From Ostrea edulis (taxonomy: Eukaryota), in assembly GCF_947568905.1 (NCBI RefSeq), contig NC_079164.1:36580001-36644000 (forward strand): a DNA stretch of 64,000 bases. Direction: 5' to 3'. The notes under the pieces were generated by a model. The model was given only the letters and a program-made list of their open reading frames with translations. It made no database searches and was not told the DNA's origin. This document shows positions 22,567 to 36,563 of this stretch, piece after piece; position 1 is the first letter of the stretch, and every line of letters begins with the position of its first letter. Both the position numbers and the translations under genes were made by a program.

Positions 22567-23789
22567 TTTTCTCCACTCTCAATACTCCCCTCCTAAAGAA
22601 GGCATACAAGATGAAGTACTGATGTTCGCTGTATTAGAACATTTCAGCATCAGAAAGTAGTCCTACCTTTTTGGCAATAATGTAGTTTTTTCTCTGGTTT
22701 TAATTGATTGAGAGGTTTTGAAAGCCTTTCTAAAGAGTATTTTTAGTATTTTACACTTAAGGAAGTATGCAATGGAAATCACCCACTTCGAGTCGTAAAC
22801 GCCTTGTGTTTCTCTTTGAATCATGAATTGTTATCATAGGTAATTGAGTAGTAATCTGATGAAATTGGTCACGTTAAAACGTTTGATTAAACAAAAGTGA
22901 GTAGTTGGATCTGATGTCAGTTTTACGACATACATACTCCAGACTCGCGCTCGGCATACTATCTAATTATGTTTACAGCACACGCTCTGTAATTGATTTT
23001 TTCCCCTCTATCAGTTTGAAACTGTTAATCAAATGATCGCTAGAATTCTTTCTATTCTTATTTCTTGGAGATATCTTCTCTGTCGTATAAAGAAGATGCT
23101 TGTTTTTAAAATTTCATTTCATGCAGTTGTGGTCAAAGCAAAGTTATTTATTCTTCTGTAACCTTTTGCATTGAGGTACATTGTATTGATTCTACAAAGG
23201 ACTAAATTTGTCATATATAACAGTACGGAAAGAATTGAATCCGGCTACTTCCCTAGTATTGCTCTTTTATGGTAAAAGATATTTTAACCATTATGTGAGT
23301 ATAACACCAATTAAGCAGCCAATCAGACACGGTTTTGGCACACAGCAAAACAGCAACCGTCTGAAAATGTCAAACGGGTCGTATCCTGCGCTCTGAGGTG
23401 CAGACGTTCTGTACATGACATTTAGAAAATCTACAGGGAGGCAAAATTGTATCATATCTGTTACCAGAAAAACCATGAAAAATACATACTTTGGGATTTT
23501 CAAGGTATCATATATTTGGTGTTATTATATACGTTCGACGTTCGGTGTGTTTTATATATTTCAGGAAATTGGCAGGGGAAACAAATTGGCACATTCAAAA
23601 CCCGCTAAAAGTCCGACTCGAAGCATTTGTGAAAACCCATTCCTGACTTTTAAAACGATGAAGAATTAAAGGTTGGATTTCCAGACTATAAATGTTATGC
23701 TCTGTATTGATGAATATGAGCCAAGTATCCCCTTAGTTTGTCGATTCTACATTCGGCATCTGCACGGAGAATGACCCCTCTTGGCTTGT

Positions 23790-24810
23790 AGGTTCACTAA
23801 CCAAAGACTGTAATGCTACCATCACGTGTAGGTTAACACTAACCAAAGACTATGTTACGCTACCATCACGTGTAGGTTAACTAACCAAATACTATGTAAT
23901 GCTACCATCACGTGTAGGTTAAGTAACCAAAGACTGTAACGCTACCATCACGTGTAGGTTAACTAACCAAAGACTATGTAACGCTACCATCACGTGTAGG
24001 TTAACTAACCAAATACTATGTAATGCTACCATCACGTGTAGGTTAACTAACCAAATACTATGTAATGCTACCATCACGTGTAGGTTAAGTAACCAAAGAC
24101 TGTAACGCTACCATCACGTGTAGGTTAACTAACCAAAGACTATGTAACGCTACCATCACGTGTAGGTTAACTAACCAAATACTATGTAATGCTACCATCA
24201 CGTGTAGGTTAACTAACCAAATACTATGTAATGCTACCATCACGTGTAGGTTAAGTAACCAAAGACTGTAACGCTACCATCACGTGTAGGTTAACTAACC
24301 AAAGACTATGTAACGCTACCATCACGTGTAGGTTAACTAACCAAAGACTATGTAACGCTACCATCACGTGTAGGTTAACTAACCAAAGACTAAAACGCTA
24401 CCATCACGTGTAGGTTAAATAATCAAAGACTGTAACGCTACCATCACGTGTAGGTTAACTAACCAAAGACTATGTAACGCTATCATCACGTGTAGGTTAA
24501 CTAACCAAAGACTGTGTAACGCTACCATCACGTGTAGGTTAACTAACCAAAGACTATGTAACGCTACCATCACGTGTAGGTTAACTAACCAAAGACTAAA
24601 ACGCTACCATCACGTGTAGGTTAAATAATCAAAGACTGTAACGCTACCATCACGTGTAGGTTAACTAACCAAAGACTAAAACGCTACCATCACGTGTAGG
24701 TTAAATAATCAAAGACTGTAACGCTACCATCACGTGTAGGTTAACTAACCAAAGACTGTGTAAGGCTACCATCACGTGTAGGTTAACTAACCAAAGACTG
24801 TAACGCTACT
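23790..24810. repeat. 40/42-bp minisatellite with 24 CACGTG E-boxes
   Basis: Unit gtaggttaactaaccaaagactatgtaacgctaccatcacgt; CACGTG counted from 23823 to 24773. Confidence 0.97.
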
Positions 24811-25685
24811 ATTAAACAGTTGTCTTTATGGGTAAACAAAATTCTAGGTTAAAGGCTACATCTTTATCCTATTGATGATATTAATGAAATTGTTTCAAAG
24901 TCGAATATTGATACTGTTTATGTACAACAAGTAAAAGAATGATCTTAGTAATGGTACATGTATTACTAAAATCCAAGAAAGACAGGTATGCTTTTGGTTT
25001 TGAGATCAAATGAATGTTTCCATACAACAGACACCATCACAGATACATTTATCATTGGTTGAAAACTTATATGAAGTGAAATATTCAAATGGAAATTAAA
25101 TAATTTAATGATTAATCTAGAAGTTTGATAAAACCCAAGTCATGCATGTCAGTCCCGACCTTCTGACCGCCTCACAATGTGAAGCCGGAATAACGAGAAT
25201 ATTTTTTTGGAAAACGTTGGAATGGTTCCACCATTAATGACGGTATAATATAGGCCTTGATCACCTTAACGCTGAGAGCGACGTTGTTATAGAAAGACAT
25301 TCGCACAAAAATAATGAATTCATTGTAAAATTTTAAAAAAAAAATATGAGATAGAGGTCTTACGGAATGCTAGATCAAAGCCAGGCATGCGCACACAAGG
25401 AACTGTTGACAAGGGGTTTTGCGGAAATATGAATGAACATGTCTTTCATGATAATTTTTATAATTGAATTTATTTTTTATATTGAACACATTAAATAAGT
25501 GTTTGATTTTTTTTTTTACTCAAGGAAGCTCGGATAACTATTAGTAACGCTATTCGTCTTACAAAATTCGAATTGCACTCAGGAAAGATAGGAAATCCAA
25601 TGACCTTCACCTTAAATAATTAACCTTGAGTAATCATGTCACACCATGTCATGATAAAAATTTAGACTTTAGAATGAACATAAAT

Positions 25686-25817
25686 GGATCTTTATCGTGC
25701 CACACCTGCTGTGACCCGGGGCCTCGGTTTTTGCGGTATCATCCGATGGATCGCCCCATTTACATGTAGTCGCCTCTTACGACAAGCAAGGGGTATTCTA
25801 ACCCGGATCCCCACGGG
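25686..25817 (-). mobile_element. SINE family C copy (5' part)
   Basis: Reverse complement cccgtggggatccgggttagaata...cttgcttgtcgtaagaggcgact...aaaaaccgaggccccggg...gcacgataaagatcc. Confidence 0.78.
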
Positions 25818-28800
25818 AAACCGGAGGTACGGACTTACAATAATTTTACATTTATTTTCTAAGTCACTTTTACAGTTGTCTACATGGTTCTATGTCGGGT
25901 TCAAGACACATCTTCAGAATTTTATACTTATTTTCCAAGTCACTTTAACATTTGTCTACATGATTCTAGGTCGAGTTCTAGACACATCTTCAATGTCAGT
26001 GCAAGCATTTAATATTTTATGTTAAGATCTGGAAAAGAATTAGGAACTTTTTTCTACAAATAGCTTTGATCAAATGACCTTTGGGTACGATCAGGACACA
26101 TCCGCAATGCATGGTCAACATTTGTACCAAGCTTAGTGTTACTGTTAAGTACTTGCCAGTATCCCCCACCCCACCCTCCACCCATCAAATGTCTTTGACT
26201 AGAAGTGACTGGCTGTGCTCACGATCAAATTAAATAATAAACACCTTTTATATCAATAATGGGGGAATTTTTTTTGGGGGGGGGGGTGTTAATTTTTGTA
26301 ATTTCATCATTTATTAGAAAGTATACATATTGTTAGTTGAGATAAAATATCCTCGGATATTCCCGTATAATTCTCACCAATGGTGCCAGGGGCCCATTGC
26401 ATTGAATGTATCTTATTATGATGGGGGAATGTTATCTTTCTCTGCTGTAAAGATTTGACCTACACAAAAGTTATATACTGTGTGTGTACTTATTTTAACG
26501 TATTTTTAAAAGTTCGGCCCAGTCGGAGCTGATGCACGATGCGTAATCATGGTTTAGAGCTATTTCATTAGTATGAGAATGGATGATAGAAAATTTATTA
26601 TTTTAGCGCAACTATATATTATCTCTCTTGTTTCACCACGAAAGCCGTCAAAATTCAATCCCACTAAAATATGTAAACGTACAGTACATTGTTTCTCAAT
26701 TTGACCTTGACATTGTCTAAATTCATCCTTCCAAGGCGGAGATTGCTGAATCCGATACGTATAAATCTCTAAGCATCAATATACCCCTTCAACTCCGTTG
26801 TGAAGAGTACAGAAAACAGAAAATCAATCTGATAAAACAGAACTATTTTACAATATACTAAGATCGACCATAACTAATCGTTAGGAGACCCGGCGTGATC
26901 AGAGACAATGTCAAATATTGAAGTTTAAGTGATTTGATATTATGTGAGCATTTCATTCTCAGAACAGAAATGGAAAGGATGGTTGACGTGTATTGAGATT
27001 AGTACTGGATATAAAAAAAGGGGGGCGGGGCACATAATATCCTTACTGAAAGCAGACTATGCGCTGTCCGTTTCATTCGTTTTTCTGTCTGATAGCGCTA
27101 GTTTTACAATATTACTTCATTTTAATAAAATGTCAAGTCCAATTTTTTTTTTTTTTAAATCAAATACACTATGGAAATTTATTTAGACTTTTTGTCTGAA
27201 AATAATCAAATTATTGTTTTGTTTGTTTTTTATTAACTTTTGCGCACACGTTTTGTCAACAACGATTCATGTTCTTCAACCATGTACTCAACATCAGCCA
27301 CACTAAACTATAACCCAGAAAGCTCTACGGCCATTCATAAGCTGACAAACAGTATGGGATGGAGAGAAATCTAGGTAGGGCGTGACTAATCACAAGCGAC
27401 GATAATCAGGCTCCCATATTAAAGCATAGTCCTTAAAATCTGCACCATAAAACTTGGTTCTGAAAGTTCATGAAAAGAGTATCATTTTCAAAGAATCACT
27501 GCGATTTCTTGGACACTCAAAAATCTGCAAACTGAGCACTCTGTATAAATGTTGGCACTAAAAACGTAGGTGTTGAAACAATGAATAGGCGCATTATGAA
27601 CACTTCATCAATGGATTTGGGGGGATAAAATATGAAATCAAATCACGCAATGCCAATAATTTTTAATTGAAAGTAAGCAGGGTTATTTTGATAAAATTCT
27701 GAACAGATGCATGCATTCGGTCGGGGGCTTATTTGCAAAATTACACTGGGTTCTTTTATTGAAGAGAAATCCAATAACTAACAAACAATGGTTTGCATAG
27801 GTAAACGGTAACATTGGACATTTCCAAGACACACCTTCGATTTCTGATAAATTACACAAAATTTCTTTAATTAGCCCTCTAGAAATACGATTTTGTCGCA
27901 TTCTTTGGCGGGGCTGGTAAATATAATTTGTGGATTTATTTGATTTATACAACCATTCGATTCTGTACGCTGAAATTGAGAGGGGGAGAAAGAAGTTTTC
28001 ATCATTTAAAAAGTTTTCTTTTGTATTAAGAGTTGAGATCTATCAATTCAAATTCTAAAAGTGGGGGCTTGAAAGTATTCTCATTTATATTAGAAATTGA
28101 TTCTTACATATCTAAATAGAAAATAATGGTTGGAACATCTTAAGAAAAAGAGTTTGGTATAATAATCCATTTTTTTTTTTTTTTGCAGTACACCGACCTT
28201 TATGTATAAGTATGAAATAGTTTTCATTATGTCACTTGATTAACAATCCTATCACTTGATTTAATTAACTAAAATATCCAAAGTTGGGTGATGTTGTGAG
28301 TTCAATTTCAACCATTTTCATTTCCCTGACAATTTTTTTAAAGTCTTAAAATTAAATTTTAGAAGAAAAAAAGAAGAGAAAGAAAATCGCCCATCTATTT
28401 GAAAATGTTGAGGTTCTGAGTTTTGGTTTTAGAAATACAATGAAGAAGATAGCAAGCTCCGCTGTAATGTAATAATTAAAAATTCCTTTTCTCTTAAGAG
28501 CAGGTGGGTTTAAAAGACTACTAGAATTTTATCAAATCTTGCTGAACTTCCGACATATATGTTAAAAGCGAAATTCGATAAATTGAACAACAATGCAAGG
28601 TCTTTAATGAATGTACTATTATCGTATTTTTTAAAAGTCTAGCAATACCAGCTGTATTTAATTTATTTATTTTATGGACTTCGTGTTACATCACTCACCC
28701 TAACCTCCAGTTGTCAGTTAATCCTGCTGTTAACGGAGAAGTGTATATATATTCCTGGCAATGTCCCCTCGAAACAAAATTTAAAAACGTTCATCACACC

Positions 28801-29350
28801 TTTAAAACTTAGAAGGGTGATACAAAGTGTAAATTTCATCAATAATTAATACAGGTTTGTCGAATTTGTCTTAACCAATCAATGGTCTAGAAAAGGAAAA
28901 GAGCTCCACCGTTCTTTTATTGAATTTCAGACAATGTCTGCCCGCCTAATTATGGTTTGTAACTTCAATCACACTTGATTAGGACATTTGTCAAACGGAA
29001 AGAAAGAAGCCATTAGACATGTTAATCCAGAACCCATCCATAACGGTGCTGCTGAGAGAAATATACAAAAGATTTCTACTCGACTTCATAACATGAACTG
29101 TTGCCAATTTTACCAACTGCCACGACTATAAAAAGATTTTGCTAAATTGTTACATGAAACATTAAAAGTGGTACATGTAGCACGAATCTTCAAAGATTTG
29201 GAGTTTTTTTTAAGGAAATGGAACCGTAACCTCACTATTTCAAATATATACATATACTACATTAGTAGACTTGATCCATCGCAGACACACGCCCCCTAAT
29301 CCCCCGACCCTCATAAATATGATCCATTTTTTAACATAAAACACTCAAAT

Positions 29351-29355
<5 letters not shown>

Positions 29356-29401
<46 letters not shown>
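29356..29401. repeat. (TA)n microsatellite
   Basis: Direct reading. Confidence 0.97.
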
Positions 29402-29404
<3 letters not shown>

Positions 29405-29600
29405 CCAAATCTCCGTACGTGCGAGCAGCGCGCTCGGCCATCTGGGTAAGTCTTAAAAAACTTGCTTTCGATAATACACACTACACGGTCATTGACAATG
29501 GAAATATGATACAGTCAAATAAATAGGATACATTCATATGACGATCATACAAGATACTATTTGAAATATTTTGACTGTCCTATCTTATGCATGTATATAC

Positions 29601-29745
29601 ATGCTGTCTGACGTGTTTGACCGTTCTTGGCACGCTGATTTTGACTACGCATAGCTCCGTTTACATGATCAAGATATAGGAATCTGTTTTGTATTGTTTA
29701 CGGGAGTTATGAGATTGATCACTGTTCGTTATCTTCGCCTTTCAT
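29601..29745 (+). mobile_element. Family A copy lacking its ~100-bp structured core
   Basis: atgctgtctgacgtgttt...aagatatagg joined directly to ...ttttgtattg...ttcgttatcttcgcctttcat. Confidence 0.85.
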
Positions 29746-30938
29746 GTAGGTATACCAGTTTTATTTTGCTCTCGCCAATTCTGCAATATTTTAACTTTCA
29801 TTAGTTGGATTTCATATCGGCAAACTTTTTTTGGGGGGAGGGGGTATAAATATTAAGAAGTTCATAGTATCAGTAAAATCTTGCGTAATATCACAAGAAA
29901 ATTAAATTAAACATATTTTATTGAGAAACCCATTAGGATCGGGCAACAGGCATAGCCTTAAGCTTTGTAGACCCTTTCCCAAATACAAAGGTCATGTACA
30001 AAGGTATGATTGGTAAACAGGATTCTTTGAAAATGAAATAATATTGTAATGAGGTTTACATGAAAATAGTTAATAAGAATTTTGTTGAATTTGGCTATGA
30101 ATTGATTTTTTTTAATAGATCAACATGTTCTACACATACACATATACTTACATAACCCTCCACCTACAGTCACACACATACATATATACATATAATATTC
30201 ATCAATCCAGCCCGTATATAACAATATTAAAAAGTCCCTTCGTATCAATTACCAAAGGGAGTTTGACATTTGATTAATGAACCATAATTTTTTGTCAGAA
30301 TTTGTTAAATAATTAAATATACCTAATACATCTATTACTATCATGTTCTTAATAATTAAAATACAAAACTTGTGATCTTGCACATCAATCGATGAACTAG
30401 GGTAATTATCTATTTCAAATAGCATTAAACAGTGAGACTAAATATAAAATCCGTAATTTCCGAAATCAACATTGTTTAATGTACAGGGTAAGTAGGCTCG
30501 TGAATGACCCTTTAATATAATTTGCAGGGATGTTTTCTACATAGCTGTAAAAAACTAGTATTCAACCTATCCATGTATAGTATAAAACAAACCGTATCGA
30601 ATTAATTTACATTTAATTAGCATATTGCGAACATCCAAGATTTACTTCGTCCCATTCTTCAATCCAAAAGGTTTTCATAGATTGTCGGAATCTTGATGCC
30701 TAAAATTACATGTAAACCCAGAAAAACTTGAATTGGAGATGAGGGCGTATATATTATATTTAAAGGGAAAGGCAATCCTGACCACATTGTTGCTTTTATG
30801 AATAAAGTATTACTTGCTAATATCGTAAATAACAGTCTTTAACAACAAAAATCCTTGCCTAATGATTAAATCAATATTAATCTATCATATATTTTAAATT
30901 ACCTGCCGCTAAGAGAGTGGCCATTGGAGTTTAATTTA

Positions 30939-31348
30939 TGACGTCACACCGTCGGTTCCGGTTTATTTCATTAGCAGCACTATAAACATGACAAGTCACG
31001 AACAGTTAAGTTTGGAGCTGTATAGATTTGAGCCCGTTCTTTCGCAAGAAGTGTTCAGTCGAGTCGCAGACTAGGCAGACGGTACACGTTTCTTCATACA
31101 AATGTCTCGAACCTCAACTTGTCATTACGCAAATGATGGATCCACAGTTTACATAGTCTTATCTTTTCAGATTACTTGGTTGGGTCAGGAATTTCGCAAA
31201 AAAAAAAAAATATTCCACATCTCCCCTTCGCATTAGTGTAATTAACTGCTTGACAGGAAGGCATCAACCTATTTTTTAGTCAAATCTACCACATGCACAT
31301 CTTTGATGATCTTAGAATCTCAAAACCGGAACAGACGGTGTGACGTCA
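30939..31348. promoter_or_regulatory. Pair of inverted 26-bp CRE+ETS modules ~360 bp apart (regulatory or MITE remnant)
   Basis: TGACGTCACACCGTCGGTTCCGGTTT (30939-30964) versus reverse complement of 31323-31348: 25/26 identical. Confidence 0.55.
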
Positions 31349-32630
31349 AAGTCGTTTATTTTTGTGGTCTTGAAAACGAAAGAGTTCCACATCATGGCAG
31401 CCTCTATAGATAGCGGGAATTTCAATTTCTAACGTTTTCAAATAATGCAAACATCACGAGGGGCGAGACGTCACACGAGACCGGAAGTCGACATGAATCC
31501 CAGTGATGATTTCTGGAATCAATCCCCATAATTAACAATTTTGAAGTTTTGGAAAATTCACAATTCCGAATTACGCTATTGTTCTATTTAGTACAGAGAC
31601 AAGATAAACCTACACACGTCCTATTCATTAATCTGAAAATCAGTTAATTTTTCTGGATGTTTAATTATCTTTATTGTTAAGATATTTGATTATTGTTCAG
31701 AGATCTGAATATCGTAATAGAACGTCTCCCTTTGTAAAGCCATGAATAGACCAATAAGTGGCAAGTATCCTGATGTTACCAGGAAACGAATTTAAACGTC
31801 GGCGTTTGCAAAACAATTGTCTGCCATGGAAAAAATAAATAAAAATGGTATTATCGGAAACCTAATTTATATTCATATCATAGATCAAAACAGATTGCAA
31901 TTCTCTGTGTTCGAAAAATAAAATAAACTTTGTAAAACACAGTCAATGCTGTATAAACTAAGCAAATACATGCATATATAAGCAGTCTTTAAAATCAACT
32001 ATAATAATTCATTTCAGCGCTTTAGGTTAGATTTGTCAAGGCCAAAACAGTTACAAATTAGCAGCTTTAAGACTCTTTCTCACACGTCAAATCTGGAATG
32101 CACTCTATTTCAAATCTTCAAAATTATACTTGACATGGAAAACTTCAGATAAAATTTACGACGCTGTTTTCTGAATACTTGAAAAATGAAGCAGGTTGAC
32201 TCGAGTGTTTGATTATTCGTTATAAAATATAATATGTTACACAAGAATTATAGGAAGGAGTGTAATAAGCGTGTAAGGATACCTTCATTTCAAATAAACA
32301 ACCAGTGGCGAGGTTAGTGGAGGAGGTTAGGAGGGTTGCAATCTCCTCCCTTATCTTGGTTGAACATTTGAAAAAATAATAATTGTAATTTGTTACAATT
32401 TTGGGCTCTTCAACCCCTCTTTTTGGACGGAAAAAGTACCAAACTTGAATCGCAACCCCACCTTGAAAATTAACTGGATCCGCCCCTAAACAAATATACT
32501 TTTTAAAATCAAAATGATATTTCTTTTAAAAGTACATGTACTGACATTGATGAAATACAGTATATATTGTACGTTACTTCTGATTAAATTTGATAGTTGG
32601 GTGGTGTGGGGGTGGGGGGCGGTGGTATGT

Positions 32631-32795
32631 GTGTAACATTATCACACACTTCATTACTGTGTATTACATCCTGGTTTAGTATAGGTGTAACAGTATCACA
32701 CACTTCATTACTGTGCATTACATCCTGGTTTAGTATAGGTGTAACAGTATCACACACTTCATTACTGTGTATTACATCCTGGTTTAGTATAGGTG
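32631..32795. repeat. 54-bp tandem repeat x3
   Basis: gtgtaacagtatcacacacttcattactgtgtattacatcctggtttagtatag units. Confidence 0.93.
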
Positions 32796-35700
32796 CTAAT
32801 AATATGCGATGCCAATCAGTCAACATCATGATGTTGAGATTTAGTTCATGAACCTCAACTCTCAGACTTTTTTAATAACGAAGTTGTACTGTATATATAA
32901 AATCATATTTCATTGTAGAACATATACATTTAGGTTCGAGATCAGCGATTCTCGTTTATTGGGGAATGTGTTGATAAAGCAAAAGAACCAAAACAAACAG
33001 CTGTGGGTCGATGTAGCAAACTGGCTCTGATGTAGCAGAGGACAGTTTCGCACTATAGGCCCTGTCAACTTTCTTAAAAAATGGAAATACCCCATATTTT
33101 AAGTGATATTACATGTGTAAATATGTAGACAATAATTTTAGTATACCAGTCAAATGTAGATGAGTGCTTAATAAAAATGTTGATATACAACATGTAGGTG
33201 TCACCATGATTCCTAGCATATAGATGGATGCAAATACGAAACTTAACACGTTGTCAGTTGCTGAAGAAATTCCGGTGAAAACATGCAGGGTCCAGCAAAG
33301 GGTCTGTAGCTGAGAGGGAAGGTGAATGGCCCCATATGAAAGGTAGATGTTTAAGAAGGGCAGATAGGGTTCTTGATTTTGCATAGTGTCTAAATCCCCT
33401 CGCTTGGTAATGTGAAGGTGTGTGGGTGTTGCGGGTTGGCCCAAATGAGAGAAAATCAAAGCGAGAAAGGGGCACCTGCTCAGAGCATTTTTGTGCACCA
33501 GTACCAGTATGTATAGATTACATGTAATTTAGGGTCATAATTTATTAACTACACCAATATGAAATACAACTATTGACATAAAAAGGAAAAATGATTTTTC
33601 ATTAGTCTGTCATAATCTGACTTTGATGTATAGCCCCTACCCACATGTTTTAGAACCAAAAAATGTCCCCTGCCACCTGAGCGACAACACTGAAAACCAA
33701 TAACTTGTAAACCCCATTTTTCATTTGTACGAGTTAATATTTTCAATTTACCAAAGTGTAGTTAGCATGGAGATAGTAATGAACCTATGCTGCTTCATCT
33801 TTATTTCTCGATAAAAAACACTTACAGGCAGTTGACTTCTGAACTTGGCATACAATCATACACTGGTGAAAAAGGGCGTTAAATGACAATATCAGGAATA
33901 AATACTTAGATTATGTCTACTTTGTATAATAGGGAACAATAGAACCATATAATAATTTTTTCCAATAACCCACACACCCAATGTCATCATAACTTAAATA
34001 ACCTTGATATTTGTTACTAATAATTATAAAAGATTTACGTATGTTTGTGTCCCTGTCGCACCCTCATCCAACTGAACGATATATCGTTTTATAACTGTCT
34101 GTCTTGTCGGTCGACATTCTCCTGTCCGACTGATAGCTAAATAACACTTTACCTGATTGTTAATTTCATTGACTAATTTGGTCATGACTAGTAAGTAACT
34201 CCTATTGATTTTGAGCTGAAACGCTTAAAATCCAGGAATTTTCCAACTAAACACCAGAAAACCCATTACCTGATTGCCATTTAACATCACTAACAACTTC
34301 ATCATGAGTAATAAATGATCATGATTTTCAAATAAAAAGGTCAAAGGTTAACGTTTCTCTAGTTTTCCATGTGAAGGGGGGGGGGGGGGTCAGTGATTTC
34401 CACGGAAGACCGTTTGTGCCATTTAGAAAAGTATTTCATCTGCCAATTCATTCATTTTTCAACAGCCATATAACTATTTGTCGATTGCCATGTAACTATA
34501 TATTTTCCTATTGACACATAAGTATTTCATATCTAATGTGATTATATTTTGTCGCTTTATTAGATATGTAGTATATTTGACTATTTTCTGTATATCAATC
34601 TGTTTGAACTATTCAAGAAACTAGAAAGCGATCTATTTGACCGCTAGTCAATAGCTTCTGAATTTTGGACCAGCTGTCTATTGGACCAGCAACGTACCTG
34701 CATTCCGAAAACGCGGTATTTGTTCGAATTTATTATCGATAGCAGGAGTTTATGGTTTTAGAAAGACGACAATGATTTACTGCAGGCCTACATTATATGT
34801 AATAAACTCAATTATATATATATCAAATACCATCATTGTGATCTGATTATTCTATTAAATCAAATTACGCTAGTTACAAATATCTAGTCACGATTTTGAT
34901 AAATAACATATTCTTTGTGCGAATCCAATTTTCAGCATTATTCGTACTATCTATTTTCGTATTGAAAGGTCATTCAACTTTAGGCCAAGCAAAAAAGGGT
35001 TTTCAGGCCTGTTTTAGAAAATCAAAAAAAAATTTTTTTACGATCACATATATATGACTGTAAATCGCGTAATATCGTAAACATTCCAATACAATCATTT
35101 GTCTTTTTTGCTTTTAGGCATTTTCTTTCCGTATGTTACATTTTCATTTAGAAAGAGCTTTATCATTGTAATTAGCACAAACTGGGTAGGCACCATCAAC
35201 TTTCTGCTCATTGTCACTGCTTCAACAGCTGTTACAAATGTCAAGAAAACAATTGGACTCGAATACGACAAGTTCTTCCTCACGAATACTTTGTTCAACA
35301 GAAAATTTATGCGGGGGGATAATCTGACGGTTTGAGGTTTGAGATCCTTTATTTTCTATCAAGTTCAGGGAAAAATAACACTTGATTGGCACAGAATTAT
35401 GAATCGGCCATTGAAAAAGTTGGTTGTGTTCTAAGTTTAGATCATATAAAGAAAAATTTGATGAAGAAGGAATTTGGTCGCTTCGCTCCCTCCGCCTCTT
35501 TCTAATCGCTAATCGCTAAAATTTTACTTAATAAGATCTAATTTCTCACTCAGAACGAAACAATATTTTACAGAATCCTAATCTTTCATACAATGTTTAA
35601 ATATTTCAGCATTTGCATGTACTAAATCAATGAAGATATAAGTTTACCCCTTTTGTTGTTGTTGTTGTTGTTGTAAGGATACAATGAGATCCATTCTCAA

Positions 35701-35998
35701 TCCCCAGAATTAATCAAAATGATCATTTGATGTCAAGTTTACAGTTAAATGTTTTCATAGACGTATCTGTAATAATGAATTTCACTGGCATGTACTAAGT
35801 GGCATGATCGTGCATGCTAAGCTAACCCGGCCTGAACCAATGTAAGGTGGGGTATGTCACCATGTTTTGCACCACCGGGCATGCCAATTACTTGAAACTG
35901 GTAACTAAACGTGACCAGATCCCCCCCCCCCCCCCCCCCCCCCCCCCCGATGTTTGAGTTTTCTGTTCCACAAAACAATCTATCTACATTATGTATTT

Positions 35999-36151
35999 CA
36001 TAGGCGTAGCTTGGGTTCGAATATTACCGAGGCAGGGGGTCTGGGGGGCTGCGCCCCCCAGAAGCTATCGACATTTTAACAACGTAAAAGGTGGGTTTTT
36101 TTTTTTACCGAGGCAGCTGCCTCGGTTGCCTCAATGGAAGCTACGCCACTG
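35999..36151. mobile_element. 153-bp MITE with CA..GGCGTAGCTT termini
   Basis: cataggcgtagctt ... aagctacgccactg inverted ends; internal palindrome ccgaggcagctgcctcgg. Confidence 0.7.
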
Positions 36152-36563
36152 TTAAGTTAGATCCAACCTCCTCTTATTTCATATGATAACGTCAAACAAA
36201 GAGAGTGCCCCGCCCGATCGGTTCCACATTTCGTCACATAGTCTGGGATAAAATTGAGACAATCAACGGACGTTCATAATCTCAGGTCAACGAGATTTTA
36301 CTTTGAGAGATAAAAAAGGACGAATGTAATTAGGACGTGGGAGATTTTTTCGACGGTAAACGTTCTGTTGACGTTTATGTAACTCGAATTTCTTCTGCCC
36401 TAAATATTTAGAGCTCGCGCACATGCTTAGCTGACATCCACAATATCTAACTTTGAAACAAAAGATTTAAACACGTAATATATTATATGATTAATTAGAT
36501 TACTAAAACTCTCCTTTCACAAAATCAAAGCACTACTCATGTACATATACATTAGGTTATAAA

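Noticed and set aside
23790-24810. Regular ~41-bp periodicity with a palindromic core resembling a CRISPR array
   Set aside because: Inter-repeat segments are near-identical rather than unique spacers; no cas genes; eukaryotic context.
32584-32851. ORFs with 18-aa repeats (ILNQDVIHSNEVCDTVTP)
   Set aside because: Simple consequence of a 54-bp tandem repeat; open on both strands, no supporting splice sites.
33109-33498. 129-aa minus-strand ORF
   Set aside because: TTG start, no recognisable motif and no convincing splice boundaries; likely a repeat fragment.
35921-35948. Long poly-C tracts (also 48236-48260, 54052-54090) as G-quadruplex switches
   Set aside because: Homopolymer runs are frequent in such genomes and error-prone in assemblies; nothing links them to function here.
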